Notes under the pieces: model-generated
What the model was told of the DNA's origin: nothing
Database searches by the model: none
Seen by the model: the letters and a program-made list of their open reading frames with translations, nothing else
Made by a program: the position numbers and the translations under genes
Source of the DNA: Chlorokybus atmophyticus
Lineage: Eukaryota > Plantae > Mesostigma and Chlorokybus algae
Assembly: GCA_009103225.1 (NCBI GenBank)
Contig: RHPI01001715.1
Location: 186,001-250,000 of the forward strand
DNA: 64,000 nucleotides
Reading direction: 5' to 3'
Shown here: positions 52,537-63,084 of the stretch, in pieces
Layout of the letters: the number at the start of each line of letters is the position of its first letter
Position numbering within the stretch: position 1 is the stretch's first letter

Positions 52537-52727
52537 TCAACATGAATGGTACTCCATCTGTTAATGGTGCTACAGTACAAGGATACTCGCATACTACCAC
52601 GATCGTAGAGTAATACTGTGCTGTCATGCCATGGAACCCAGAGCGCTGTCCGAGTTTATTGCTGTCAACCACGCTCAAAACCAGCGAGGTATGCAAGCCA
52701 TGCACTGACTCATGCGCCGGGCAGTCA

Positions 52728-53624
52728 TCATACACATGTACAGCCAATGCTTCTAAAACAGCAGATATCTGGTGCACCATGCACCATGCTGCAACTATAC
52801 ATGTACCTACATGGTTCACAAGCGTTCAACACAAAACTACAGAACATGCACAATTGGCATTTAGGCGGGGGCCAAATTACCGCCGACACGTTGGCGTCTT
52901 GCATCAGGCGTGGCGACCAAAACGGGTGAGGTTGCTTGCAGAATGGACACGCTTGTAGATTCTTTGATTTATTTGCCACAGTCTTCTGATGTGCTATGAT
53001 GCAGACATGGCACATCGCTTTCTTGCAACAGGGCGTCTCCCCATCCGCTGGGGGGGGTGGCTCTTCAATGCGACAAATCAGCACACATGGTGCACGCGGG
53101 TGTGCAAGCTGCCTCTGCCACCAAACTCTGTTATCGCGTCGCAGGCGTAGCGACTCCCATCTGAATGGCGCAGCATAACGCTCCACTGCCTGCTCGATCA
53201 CCTGACGCCCATCTGCCGCCATACACCACCTGCTGGTCTTGGTGGTCTCGTCCAGCATGCGTTCATCCAGGCCCTCGACATGGCTGTCGTCACTCGTGTA
53301 CTCCCCCGCATCGTCATTTTCTTCGAGCTTCCACAGAATCAGCTCGACGTGCCGTATGACATACAGCCACTGCCAGCCAAAGCATGCCAAATACAGCTCG
53401 AATGGTTTTACTTACCACCCAGTATGTTTGCTCAGGTAGTGGCACACATCTCGACCCGCATCAGTCGACATCGACAGGTACATCTGCTGCAGCAGGTCGA
53501 AGTTCTGCTCCGCGGATAGCTCTTGCACATTGCCGGGGTGCTGCGGCAGCAACAACACCATCATATCGAGGACGGCGAGGGGCAACAACGTACTACGGAT
53601 GGCCATATCGTGTATGGGTTCCAA
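52728..53624 (-). other. RING-finger-like segment (possibly the 3' part of the OTU gene)
   Basis: CVLIC-x11-PCCKKAMCHVC-x17-CPFC in ORF 52728-53390. An upstream exon-like ORF at 53412-53624 ends at a gtaagt donor. Confidence 0.6.
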
Positions 53625-54033
53625 TCACGGCCAATCCCCAGAGGTCTGTTTAGACCGCATTCTCCGCGTTTGCTCCCACTTATTGCAAACTTTCGTCACC
53701 CACCTCGAGGCATGCCGCATGCGGTGATGCAGCGCGTCTTGAGCGCTGTAGGGTGATCAACTCCTTTGCACTACGAGTCAGCCCCTCAAAGCGTCTGCGC
53801 GTCGGTGCTTTTGAGCTTAGGCAGCTCGTGCCGCTCCGGCTGTCTCTCTGGACAATGCTGAGCAGCCACTTGACGCTGTAAACCAAATGTACTTACTGTG
53901 CCTACTGTGCCTACTCAGAACACACAGTCAGCCCCAGTGAGGCTTCGAGGCGCTGTGCTTCTTTCAACGTTGTAAAGATGCCTCACCTTTCCTTTTTTGG
54001 TCATGTCAGCGTCCTTTGTGACAACAACCTTCC

Positions 54034-55413
54034 TTATTTTTTGTCAACCTGCACATCCTGGCAGGCGCTCTCCGTGGCACTGTTACTCAGAGGAGGTAAG
54101 GCGTTATCTTCTTGCTCCACAGCCTTGCGCTTGTTGGTTGCCTCCCGTTCCTCCACGACCTCATGTTGCTTCATGAGGTCGAGCATGAAGCCTTTGTCTT
54201 TCAGCGCAGCTTTCAGAACACCTCGATCAATCTCTTTACCAACAAGACAGGCTGGGATCAATGTGGCAAGCTTAGTGGGAGAGGGCGAGCTACAGCTGCT
54301 TCTTGATGGAGCTGCCTCCGGATGGTCAGAGTGCGGTGGCAAGTGAGTCTCCGCGGCAGGAAGGGAGGGTGCTGAATTGTTATTGCGAGCATGTGGCTGT
54401 GGTTGAGGGGAGGCAGGATGTGCAGAACACTCGGCTACTTCTTGCCTAGCACACAAAGGCGAGGCCTGAGGCATTGGCGCAGCACTTTGGGTCACAACCG
54501 GTGGTAGCGGGGAATTGGCAACGCCATTCCGCCACTCTCCGATCAGGTGTGTTACCTCCGGTGGCACTTCATGCATAGGCCACGACCACTGTTTGGTGCT
54601 TGCAGGCTTAAGGAGCCAACAGTGTCATTCTTGCTCATTAGGAGCAGTGTTGCCTACCACCAGGACTGAGTTGGGGGCTTTTTTATTTCCAACCCAAACT
54701 GCGCTGCCGGGCCGTGGCACCCACTCCCCATGCTCGCGCTGAACGGTCACGCAGCCAATTAACAAGCCCAGCTTGTTGGCAAACATGGTCATCTGCAGGT
54801 GCTCGACGTACACATCTTTTCTCCGCACGATCTGTCGCACCTTGGCCATGGCTAGGTTAATGTTGCAATTGACATCAGCCAACATGGTCGCAGGCAGTTT
54901 GTCGTAATACTGCGCTATCTCTCCCGCGGCACCAGTGGCTCTGCAGAAGTCTAAGATTCTGCTCGCCACGCGTGCATCGACAGCCTTGGCGGTGACTTTG
55001 CGGAGAGTGTCCCCCCTGCCGTCGTCGCCCATAGTGTCCAGCATGGCCCAAAATTTGCTCGAGCTGGGGCACTTGTGATCATCCAGGACACTATGCGCTA
55101 TGGATGGCCTGGCGCGAAATACACAATGGTAGAAACAATTACCATCCGTCGGCGTATTGAAGTGGTCCCATGAGGCGAGCTGGCCACCTAGCATAACTGA
55201 TGGCCGTATGCGGGTTGCGGCCAGCTCCTCTAATGACTCGCTGGCAGGTGGTGACCCCTGCTGCATGCGCATACAGCACTCAAATGGTGTGTCCAACCGT
55301 GGACGGCAAGAGTCACAGTGACTGATAAAGTACCTGAGTTTGGGGCAGACTGCCGGCTTCAACTTGCAGCGGGTGGGGTAAGGTAGGTGCAGAAGCCACA
55401 TCGGTTGTTGCAT
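54034..55413 (-). pseudogene. OTU-like cysteine protease (deubiquitinase) domain gene with an in-frame stop
   Basis: TPTDGNCFYHCV (Cys codon 55135-55137). The catalytic-His-like HCWLL follows immediately after TGA 54625-54627 in the same frame, which continues to 54034. Confidence 0.7.
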
Positions 55414-56194
55414 TGTGCTGTGGTCTCACCGGTGGCGGCAAGAAAGATTGTTGCCCCGCAACCATCGGTGCTGCTCGTGGAGGAGATGGCAGTGCATTAA
55501 GGATCGGTGCCGCGGAAGGTGGTTGCGCTCTGGATCACAGACTCGTCACGGAGCTCGTGAGCCATGGGCACATCATGCGCCACTGCCCCAATGGACATGT
55601 CGGGATTCAACAGGCCAACATGCATGTTAAACTGATGCCGCATTGCCGCCACGCCCATCAGCAAGTGGGATTGAAGGACCAGTTGATGGGATTGAATCCA
55701 GGCTTGCATAAGAGCTCCAGCAGGACCTAGTGCACTGTGGTGCTGTCAACCAATCACATGTGGGTTAGCTGCATGCTTGCGACACTGCAATTGCAATAGT
55801 CAACTGCATCACACCGTCATCTGTTGGTTGCTTCGAACAGTCACCTGCGGCATTGCTGGTTGATGCACGAATGATTGCATGGTCTGCGTCATTGCTGGTT
55901 GATGCACTATGGGTTGAATGCCGGACGAATGGCCACGCGCTCCTGTGCTCAAACCTAGCCTACTTCGTTCGTCACGCGCGCGCGACTTCGCACGCTCACG
56001 CACATCTTAGCATGCAAAGGTAGGCATGCATTGGAGGTGCATGCAGTCAACATGCACAGCGAGATTGGCAACAACATACCGCCGCCCAGCTCTGTCTATC
56101 TGCTCTGGCTTCCGCAATGTCGGCTTGACTGTAGGGTGGGTATGGGTGAATAGTGGAGGCCTGCAGCCACGCTACATATATCACATGGACTGCG

Positions 56195-56539
56195 CTAAAA
56201 AACCAATTGCTCTTGCAAGGAAAAGCATGTGACTATTGAGCGTACCGCTGCATTCCTTTGTGCTTGTTCCCACACCCGCAAATGGTCCCGCATGGTTCTA
56301 ACAAGGGGCTCCAAGGACTGCAGCTCCTGACCCACTTCTTGTTGCAGAAAGCGAGCCACCAAGCAGCTCTCTGTGTGAAGATGGTCTTTAATGGCTTGCC
56401 TGCTGGTTTGTCCAATGTTGGTGATGCATGTTGGACAGCCCCATTGCTGACGCCTGCCATGATCCATGACGTGGCGCCCGGTAGTAGCTGGCTTCGCTGC
56501 TTGAACTCTTACGACCACAACTTCTCGCAAGATGTGCCA

Positions 56540-56571
<32 letters not shown>

Positions 56572-56620
56572 ACTCCTGGTCCTCCGCCTCCTAGTCGAAC
56601 CCAGGCCCACTATGCTTGAC
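56195..56620 (-). other. Zn-finger-like ORF remnant with poly-Ala
   Basis: WGCPTC-x12-HLHTESC, preceded in frame by EAEDQESAAAAAAAAAAW. Confidence 0.4.
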
Positions 56621-56728
56621 ATTCGACCCGTCATCGACCTGGTGCCCCTGCGTGCCATCGTCCGGCCATCAATGAAGCGTGTTTGGGTGAGTGCACGCTA
56701 AATCCCATTTGGGCTGATCGAGCAATGC

Positions 56729-56825
56729 CTCTGTCGTACCATGAATGGTACGACAGAGCCATGGTATGGCAATGGCTAGGGTTGGACGAGAGATGCCTCT
56801 GTCGTACCATAAATGTTACGACACA
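56729..56825. promoter_or_regulatory. Palindromic GTACCAT-N2-ATGGTAC sites in a divergent spacer
   Basis: ctctgtcgtaccat-ga-atggtacgacagag (14-bp arms, 56729-56758) and a degenerate second copy, ctctgtcgtaccat-aa-atgttacgaca (about 56798-56825). Confidence 0.6.
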
Positions 56826-57064
56826 TCCTTGTTACCAATGGTTGTACGAAGCATGGATGGCACGAAAGCATAAGTCGTACCATCATCCACAGGAGCAAGG
56901 CTGCACTACAAGTGCGACTCTAGTGCGGGACACTAAACGTTTGAACCGCCTCATTTTCGTTTTCGCGCCTCGTACATTCGGGCGGGCCAACCGGCGGCGA
57001 CAGCGTTGGAGGCGGCAGCGCCACTATCAGCTAAACAGGCGGCACCCGACTATCAGTTAAAAAG

Positions 57065-58884
57065 ATGCCTCGTGGTCCATCCGTAGGTGCACCTCGTCGT
57101 GGAGGTCGGCGCCAGTTGTTCACATTGCCCGCAGTGTTCAACCAGGCAACCGTCGCCAACCAATCGCAGCAAGACCCCGCGCTAACGCCCAGCACATCAC
57201 AACAACTCCACCTGACACCGCAGTCGCAAGGGCAAGCTCGACGGCATGCGTTCTTGATGCACTGTGCACGTTGCTTCTTGCTCAACTACTAACTTGGATG
57301 CTTGCTTCTTTCATAACTGGCATAGTGACTCACTGCGTGCTTTCTGGATACACTGTGCACGTTGTTCTTCTTTCGCAACTATGAGGGTTGCATCTTTCAT
57401 GGCTGGCAGCATGACTCATGTGGTTGTGCTTGCAGAGGGTCGATTGGAACCCCCAACCCAAACGCATTTGGCCGTGACGTGGCAACTTCGGCCGTCAGCA
57501 ACCCTTCCCCAAGTAAGTGGAAGATTGGCAACGAGGTAAGCACTGTGTGACACTGTGACACTGTGTGTATGTGTGTAACGGATTGTTTTTGTGTGGACAG
57601 CATTTGCGAGATGCCGTCGTTGAAATCATAAACGGCCACTGGGTAGAGAGCCACGTTTATCCCAAAGAGGACACTATTCGTAATGTCATATGTCAGGTGC
57701 TGTGAATGCTTCATGACCGCACTACACCGTGACACTGACAACCTGCCCGTGACAGGTAGTTGGCTTCGACCATGACGACGAGGCCGATGCGGCCAAGTTC
57801 TATGAGGTGTACTCGACTCCCAAGGAGTGCCCCTTCCACTAGAATGTCGCCTTGAAGAAAGCTACGCAGGTCCGGTCTGAGAACGTCACCAAGATCAAGC
57901 ATATACTTGAGAAGGAGTACAAGTGGACAATGTTTAACAGCAACAAGCGCAAGTGAGTTGGGTCCCTCACCACCATGTCTGCTATGCAACACTCTTACTC
58001 AGCCTCCATACACACGTACGCATCTCGCCTATCTTAACCGATTCAATCAGGCACATCGACGCCCTAATGGACCCCGAGACTTAAAGCCCAGATGCGCAAC
58101 GCGCTCCAAAGTAAGTCACATGCACTATTTTAGCCTGGTGCAGGCTCAACTTGAACTATTTATATCGTGACTAATGCCTTGTTGGTATAACTGTCGCAGA
58201 CAAGTCATGGCGGAGATTTGAGGTGACCGACAATGCAAACACGGAGCGGAGGAGATACATCTATGAATGGGGCAATCCCATAATCTGGCAAATGATCGTG
58301 CAATGCTGGTCTTACGCCGTCACTACACTTGGTCGCCGGCAGCTGACAGTCAACCACCTCGCATACCTGTTGCTTACAGTGAGCACTCTGAACTCCATCA
58401 TTAGCAATTCAAGCATGCTGTAGCCCCAAACTACAGGCTTGCAGACGCGTTGCAGTGAATAGTGGCTTTTGATGCCACTAACACATGCCTGTAAACTACG
58501 CAGATGGAGCGCATCCTAAAGGGCAAGGATGGAGACCCTCTCCTAGCTGCCAGCATCGACACACATGAAGAGTACCTCAGCGAAATCAACACCATGATCA
58601 TGTCAATGAAGCGGGAGATGAGGCAACGGTACGCAGCCCTCTAGCCATTCACCCTTGTGAAACGTCGCACTGCATCTTGTGTCGAATACCTAAAAGATCC
58701 CAATCGGCGCCGGCCGCAAGAGACAGCAGCTCGTGACCCACTCGCTGAGGCAGAAGCGGCATTTGATTGGCTGGCACAACCGTTTAAAGAGGAAGAGCAA
58801 GCTCCGGCATCTCCTCCACAGGCCCCAGCGCGTGGTGCTTTGTTCCATGATGACGAGCAAGGCAATGATGAAGAGGAGCTGTAG
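57065..58884 (+). pseudogene. Unknown multi-exon gene (island ORF-C) with two in-frame TAG stops and a frameshift
   Basis: Exons bounded by GT/AG give HLRDAVVEIINGHWVESHVYP, VVGFDHDDEADAAKFYEVY...H*NVALKK, KSWRRFEV...LAYLLLT and MERILKGKDG...YAAL*PFTLVKRR...DEEEL*. Stops at 57840-57842 and 58642-58644; indel near 58080. Confidence 0.55.
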
Positions 58885-59281
58885 CGCAGCTGGTAGTCCG
58901 TTTAGCTGGTAGTGTACATAGCTACAAGGCTTTTGTGACTGAGTGTTGTGCATCTTAAACCAGCTCAGTCAATCGTCATTATGCTCATGCATGTCAATAC
59001 TTGCATCCCTATGATATACAACAGAACTGCATTCGAGTCACATCATCGAACTACAAGCCTTGACAAGTGACTGAGGAACAATGTACACATTTCAGGTACA
59101 TGTACATTGTACAGGCACATAACAATGCTGGCAGTCAGTGACAGTCGCGTGTAGTCAAGATATGCAAATACATATGATGACAGTTAAGCATTAATCACCT
59201 TCAGTTGTTAAAGAATGCCTTATTTTGTCGATAATTACCTAGTTGGTGCTTGTGAACTAGGCTTGGTCGCCTGCGCTGGAC

Positions 59282-59570
59282 TGGTGTGTAACCTGCAGGT
59301 GCCTGTCACATAGGCTGAGTCACCTAAGTAAGACTGATGTGTAATTTGCAAGTGCATGCTAATGAGGTGTAGTCGTCTGTTAACGCTTGATGTGTAACTT
59401 ACAGGTGCCCGTTAATTAGTTGTAGTCACCTGTTAAGGCCTGATGTGTAACTAACAGGTGCCTGTTAAGTATCCAATGTCACCTGCTAAGGCCTGATAGG
59501 TAACTAACAGGCGCCTGTTAATTAGGCATAGTCAATAGTTAAAGACTGAATTGTAACGAAAAGGGCCTGA
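59282..59570. repeat. 53-bp tandem array (about 5.5 diverged units) with internal palindrome
   Basis: Unit starts at 59282, 59335, 59388, 59441, 59494 and 59547. Core tgatgtgtaactaacaggtgcctgttaa; perfect 16-bp palindrome taacaggcgcctgtta at 59505-59520. Confidence 0.92.
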
Positions 59571-59997
59571 TAGTAACGGAAGTTGTTTTCAGGTCCCTGT
59601 ATCGAGATTACAGGTGGACTGAGCCACGACAGTCTAGATTAGTATCCTCAGGTGCACGGTTGTTGCCAATATCTAGTCGGCTGGCAGGGAAAACGTATTG
59701 CGACGATTGCAAATACTAAGACCTCAATTACTTCTTCGCGCAGTCTCCCACGAATGATGTTGCTGCCCTTCCCCGTGGCTGTCGCCGACATCAACGTCAA
59801 TCCCATTGCCCTCGGCATGACTCATCCAGCAGCGTCGGCGTCGTCCACCTCGTGCCGAGCTTTAAGCTATACCCCTTGCTCTTTAATTGTCACACACGCA
59901 TGCATGTTGGCATCGTGTGACTACTGCGGTGCTATCTGTGGCAATGCGTGCGACAAATCCACAGACATTGCATGGTGCAAGTGTCCGTGCGCACGCA

Positions 59998-60690
59998 TGT
60001 TTGCTTAGGTGCTTATGTGCGCGCGTGTGTGAGGGAAGGGTTATAAGCCGAACACAGTCGATCTGGCTGGACAAGGACGAGCGCGAGTACAGGATTGGTG
60101 TGCTTCTGCAGCACATGGCCTGATTGAGAAGGCTATGAAAAGCGAAGGCGCACTTAATATGGAAGCTTATCGCATGGGCTGGCCTGACGCTCAATTGCAG
60201 CCGCACAATTGTCAACGATGGAGAAGGTAACCAACTTGCAGCATGCAACTTTGAGCTTGCAAATGAGCACAACTCAAGAACACAACAAGTATGTGTGAGA
60301 ATGAGTGCGCGTGTGCATGCGCGCACTCGTACGTGTGAAGCAGTAAAAGAAAGTACAAGCATTTAATAGCAATAGCAAGTGTGCTTGGAGCTTGCATAGA
60401 AAGTGGTAATGCATTCAACTCGGTAGAAGTAGAAGCCTCCAATGGTCTTAGACATGTGCGTGCACCTGCGCATGCACGCGCGCGCTCACATGTGTTTGCT
60501 TAGGTGCTTATATATGCACGTGTTTGTGGGCAGGGTTATAAGCCGATTACAGTTGATCTGGTTGAGGACAAGGACAAGCGCAAGTACAGGATTAGTGTGC
60601 TCCTGCAACTGATGGCGAACCTGATAGAGAAGGCTGTGGAGAGTGAAGGCGGTGCCTCAATGCAACACTTGATATGGAAACAAGCTCACG
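59998..60690 (+). pseudogene. Duplicated exon-like fragment (two diverged copies)
   Basis: 59998-60150 and 60493-60652 are similar. Copy 2 reads cag|GYKPITVDLVEDKDKRKYRISVLLQLMANLIEKAVESEGG; copy 1 is frameshifted. Confidence 0.5.
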
Positions 60691-63039
60691 TGTCGGGAAC
60701 GGATGAAGGCAGGTTGTGTACACTCATGAAATGTTGTTCTATTTACTTGATATGGACACACAAAGGGCTTTTAGGATGGAAGGGTAACAAGGGGATTGTT
60801 GCCTGCCAAGTGTGCAGCTGTAAAGGCGACGAGATGTAAGAGCTGCCCCGTAAGAATTGTGCAAGGAGCTGTCATAGCGTAGTACACAAATGGAGCTGCA
60901 AGCAGCTGTAACCCATGTTGTCGATGTCTATGGTATGAATCAATTAGACGACAAAGCTTTTCAAATCTATGTCTGAGAGAGTTGCCAATACGTAACGCGT
61001 TGCAACCAAAAGCTAGGGTTGTCATGCTATAATTATTGATACCAATTTGTACACACTCGTGCTTGATACAAATTATCACAAGTGCATGCATGCATGTATG
61101 CATCACGGGGTAAGAGCAATACTGCTACTTAGTGTAGGTAGGCAGGTAGGTAGCAAGTAGGTGGACAACTTGGTGGCTTGCGCGTGTGTTACACTCTTAT
61201 GCCATGCAGTGCATGCCACAATCCATGCATACTATATATTGTACAATAATACTGCAATATTGACAGTAATACTAGCACGGACCGGAATTGTAAAAAAGCG
61301 TTTAAAAGAGTTTGCTTGTAGCCTTCTCCCTGTTTGGCTTGAGCTGAGCATGTTGATAAGTCCTGCACACAGCACACATATTGGGAAGTATATGTGCGCA
61401 TGCGCGTTGGGTGTTCAAAGATTAAAGGTGCTGTGCACATGCTTGTGCTTAAGCTTGTGTGCTCGCGCACGTGTGCGACAGCATGCCCTTGAGAAGATGA
61501 GTTATTCATGCCTCGGCTACCGCCCTGTTACTGTTAATGATCTCAGGCTATATCACAATTTTTAGATGTGTTACACGCTGTCCAAGTCAACCGACCAAGA
61601 ATGGCGTATAGATGGTTTTATGAAACACTTTTCCAACATGAAGGAATAATCAACACCATCAGCAAATCAATATAGTACACAAACATAAGCAAGATGGAGA
61701 CGTGCAATTACTTGAATCGATATCGATTATATAGTTGGACTCCTTACTCTATGATATCCATGCAGCAACACTCGTGCCAACACCATTGAGTGCTTGCATA
61801 TGGCTACTTGCTGGCTCCCCCGCCAAGCACTTGAAACGCTTACACACCTTATATCGATGCACAACACTCCACAACACTTTAACAACATTTCTACCACCTA
61901 ATAGCGGCTATTAGCGTTGAGGGCCTTGCCATCATGGCTTGCTGACACCTTGTTGTAGTACTACAGGGCGTTAGCAAGCCTTTCAAAACAAGTCAGGTTC
62001 AAAAAAAAGCATCGACCAAAGGTAATGGCGCGTTAAGGGCCGACTGCAAAGCCGATTTGTGATCACTAATATGACATTTGTTAAAGAAACAACTCCATGG
62101 ACCTTCCCATTTTTAGCGAGTGACCAAGTAGGTGGTGTTCTACCGCAAAACACCACTGCCGAAAAACACCGCAGGAGTTACCCGGCACTGAAGTTGGATT
62201 TGAAAAAAGAAATCTATCCGCTCTATAGAAATTGCATATTAACCTTTGGGGTAAGTTAACTTGCTAATCTATCCCTCTAATCTACCTGCTTAATGTGTCT
62301 GTACAATCAATGGATACATGCAGCCGGCAACTTCTGCGGTGAGGAATGCCATTCCGAAAGCGAATCTAGCGGAAACGATTGTTGGTGGCGATTGCAAAGC
62401 CGTTTTTTGTGACATATCAGACGTATCAGGGCTCTGTTAAGCTAGCATCTCGTTTGATAATCCAATCTTTAAGCGCCCACGAGAGTGGAGTCTTGCGGCG
62501 ACACTCACCATATTCCATTAATTTGAAAGCGATTGCTTTTGCAACAAACAACACAACCGAACGCTGCTGTTAGCAGCGGCTTGTCGGTTGCAATGCTTCA
62601 AGGTGCACCGACTGAGTTTTAATGGTCGTCTTATTGACCTTGATTACGGTTTGACGGGTTGCGTCGCTGCAGGCTATAGCTTGACGAGGAACCCCAAGTT
62701 GTAAAATTGATGTACGAAAGTGGGGGCGTTACTGACTCCCGACCTAGCCAATAACTCGATGAATCTCGGAGAATGGTCCAATCATGCTCCAAAACACCTG
62801 CGCCCTCGCCGCCTCCAGGTGCATTAACCCGCGCTATGCCATATATGCCTAGCAAATGCTTACTGTTGTCAGCGCATTTGCCTCTATAACTTACAGTTTT
62901 CCGAGCAACTTTAGGCGTGGGTGCTTGTAGAATTATTCAAGTATGGCCAATAAGTCGCCAATATCAATGTATTTGAACCATATCTTACTTGACGCAGCCA
63001 AGTCTAACAATTTCGCGGCCAATGACAGAGCGGTGGGCG

Positions 63040-63084
63040 TTGCAAACATATGGGCTATGATGCGCATAGCCCATATGTTTGCAA
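63040..63084. repeat. Perfect 20-bp inverted repeat with 5-nt loop
   Basis: ttgcaaacatatgggctatg-atgcg-catagcccatatgtttgcaa. Confidence 0.95.

Larger units (their letters stand above)
43450..59580. mobile_element. Putative giant Plavaka-type DNA transposon or accessory island, decayed; boundaries approximate
   Basis: Cluster of non-housekeeping spliced genes around a Plavaka-like transposase, with shared palindromic motifs, repeated nonsense mutations and a right-hand 53-bp array. No TIR or TSD identified. Confidence 0.6.

Noticed and set aside
47509-58644. Alternative genetic code or bacterial contamination explaining the in-frame stops
   Set aside because: Both TAG and TGA occur, frameshifts are also present, the genes are spliced, and neighbouring host genes use TAG, TAA and TGA as normal stops.
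59282-59570. CRISPR-like look (palindromic 28-bp core plus about 25-bp spacer)
   Set aside because: The spacer parts are homologous to each other (agtcacctgttaaggcc), the cores diverge, there are no cas genes and the host is eukaryotic. It is a minisatellite-type array.
43450-59580. Endogenous giant virus or virophage/Polinton interpretation of the island
   Set aside because: No capsid, packaging ATPase, DNA polymerase, integrase or helicase motifs were recognised, and all genes carry spliceosomal introns. A viral origin of individual cargo genes remains possible.
62059-63000. Possible decayed ORF(s) in the AT-rich tail
   Set aside because: Multiple stops in all frames and no recognisable motif; cannot be supported.
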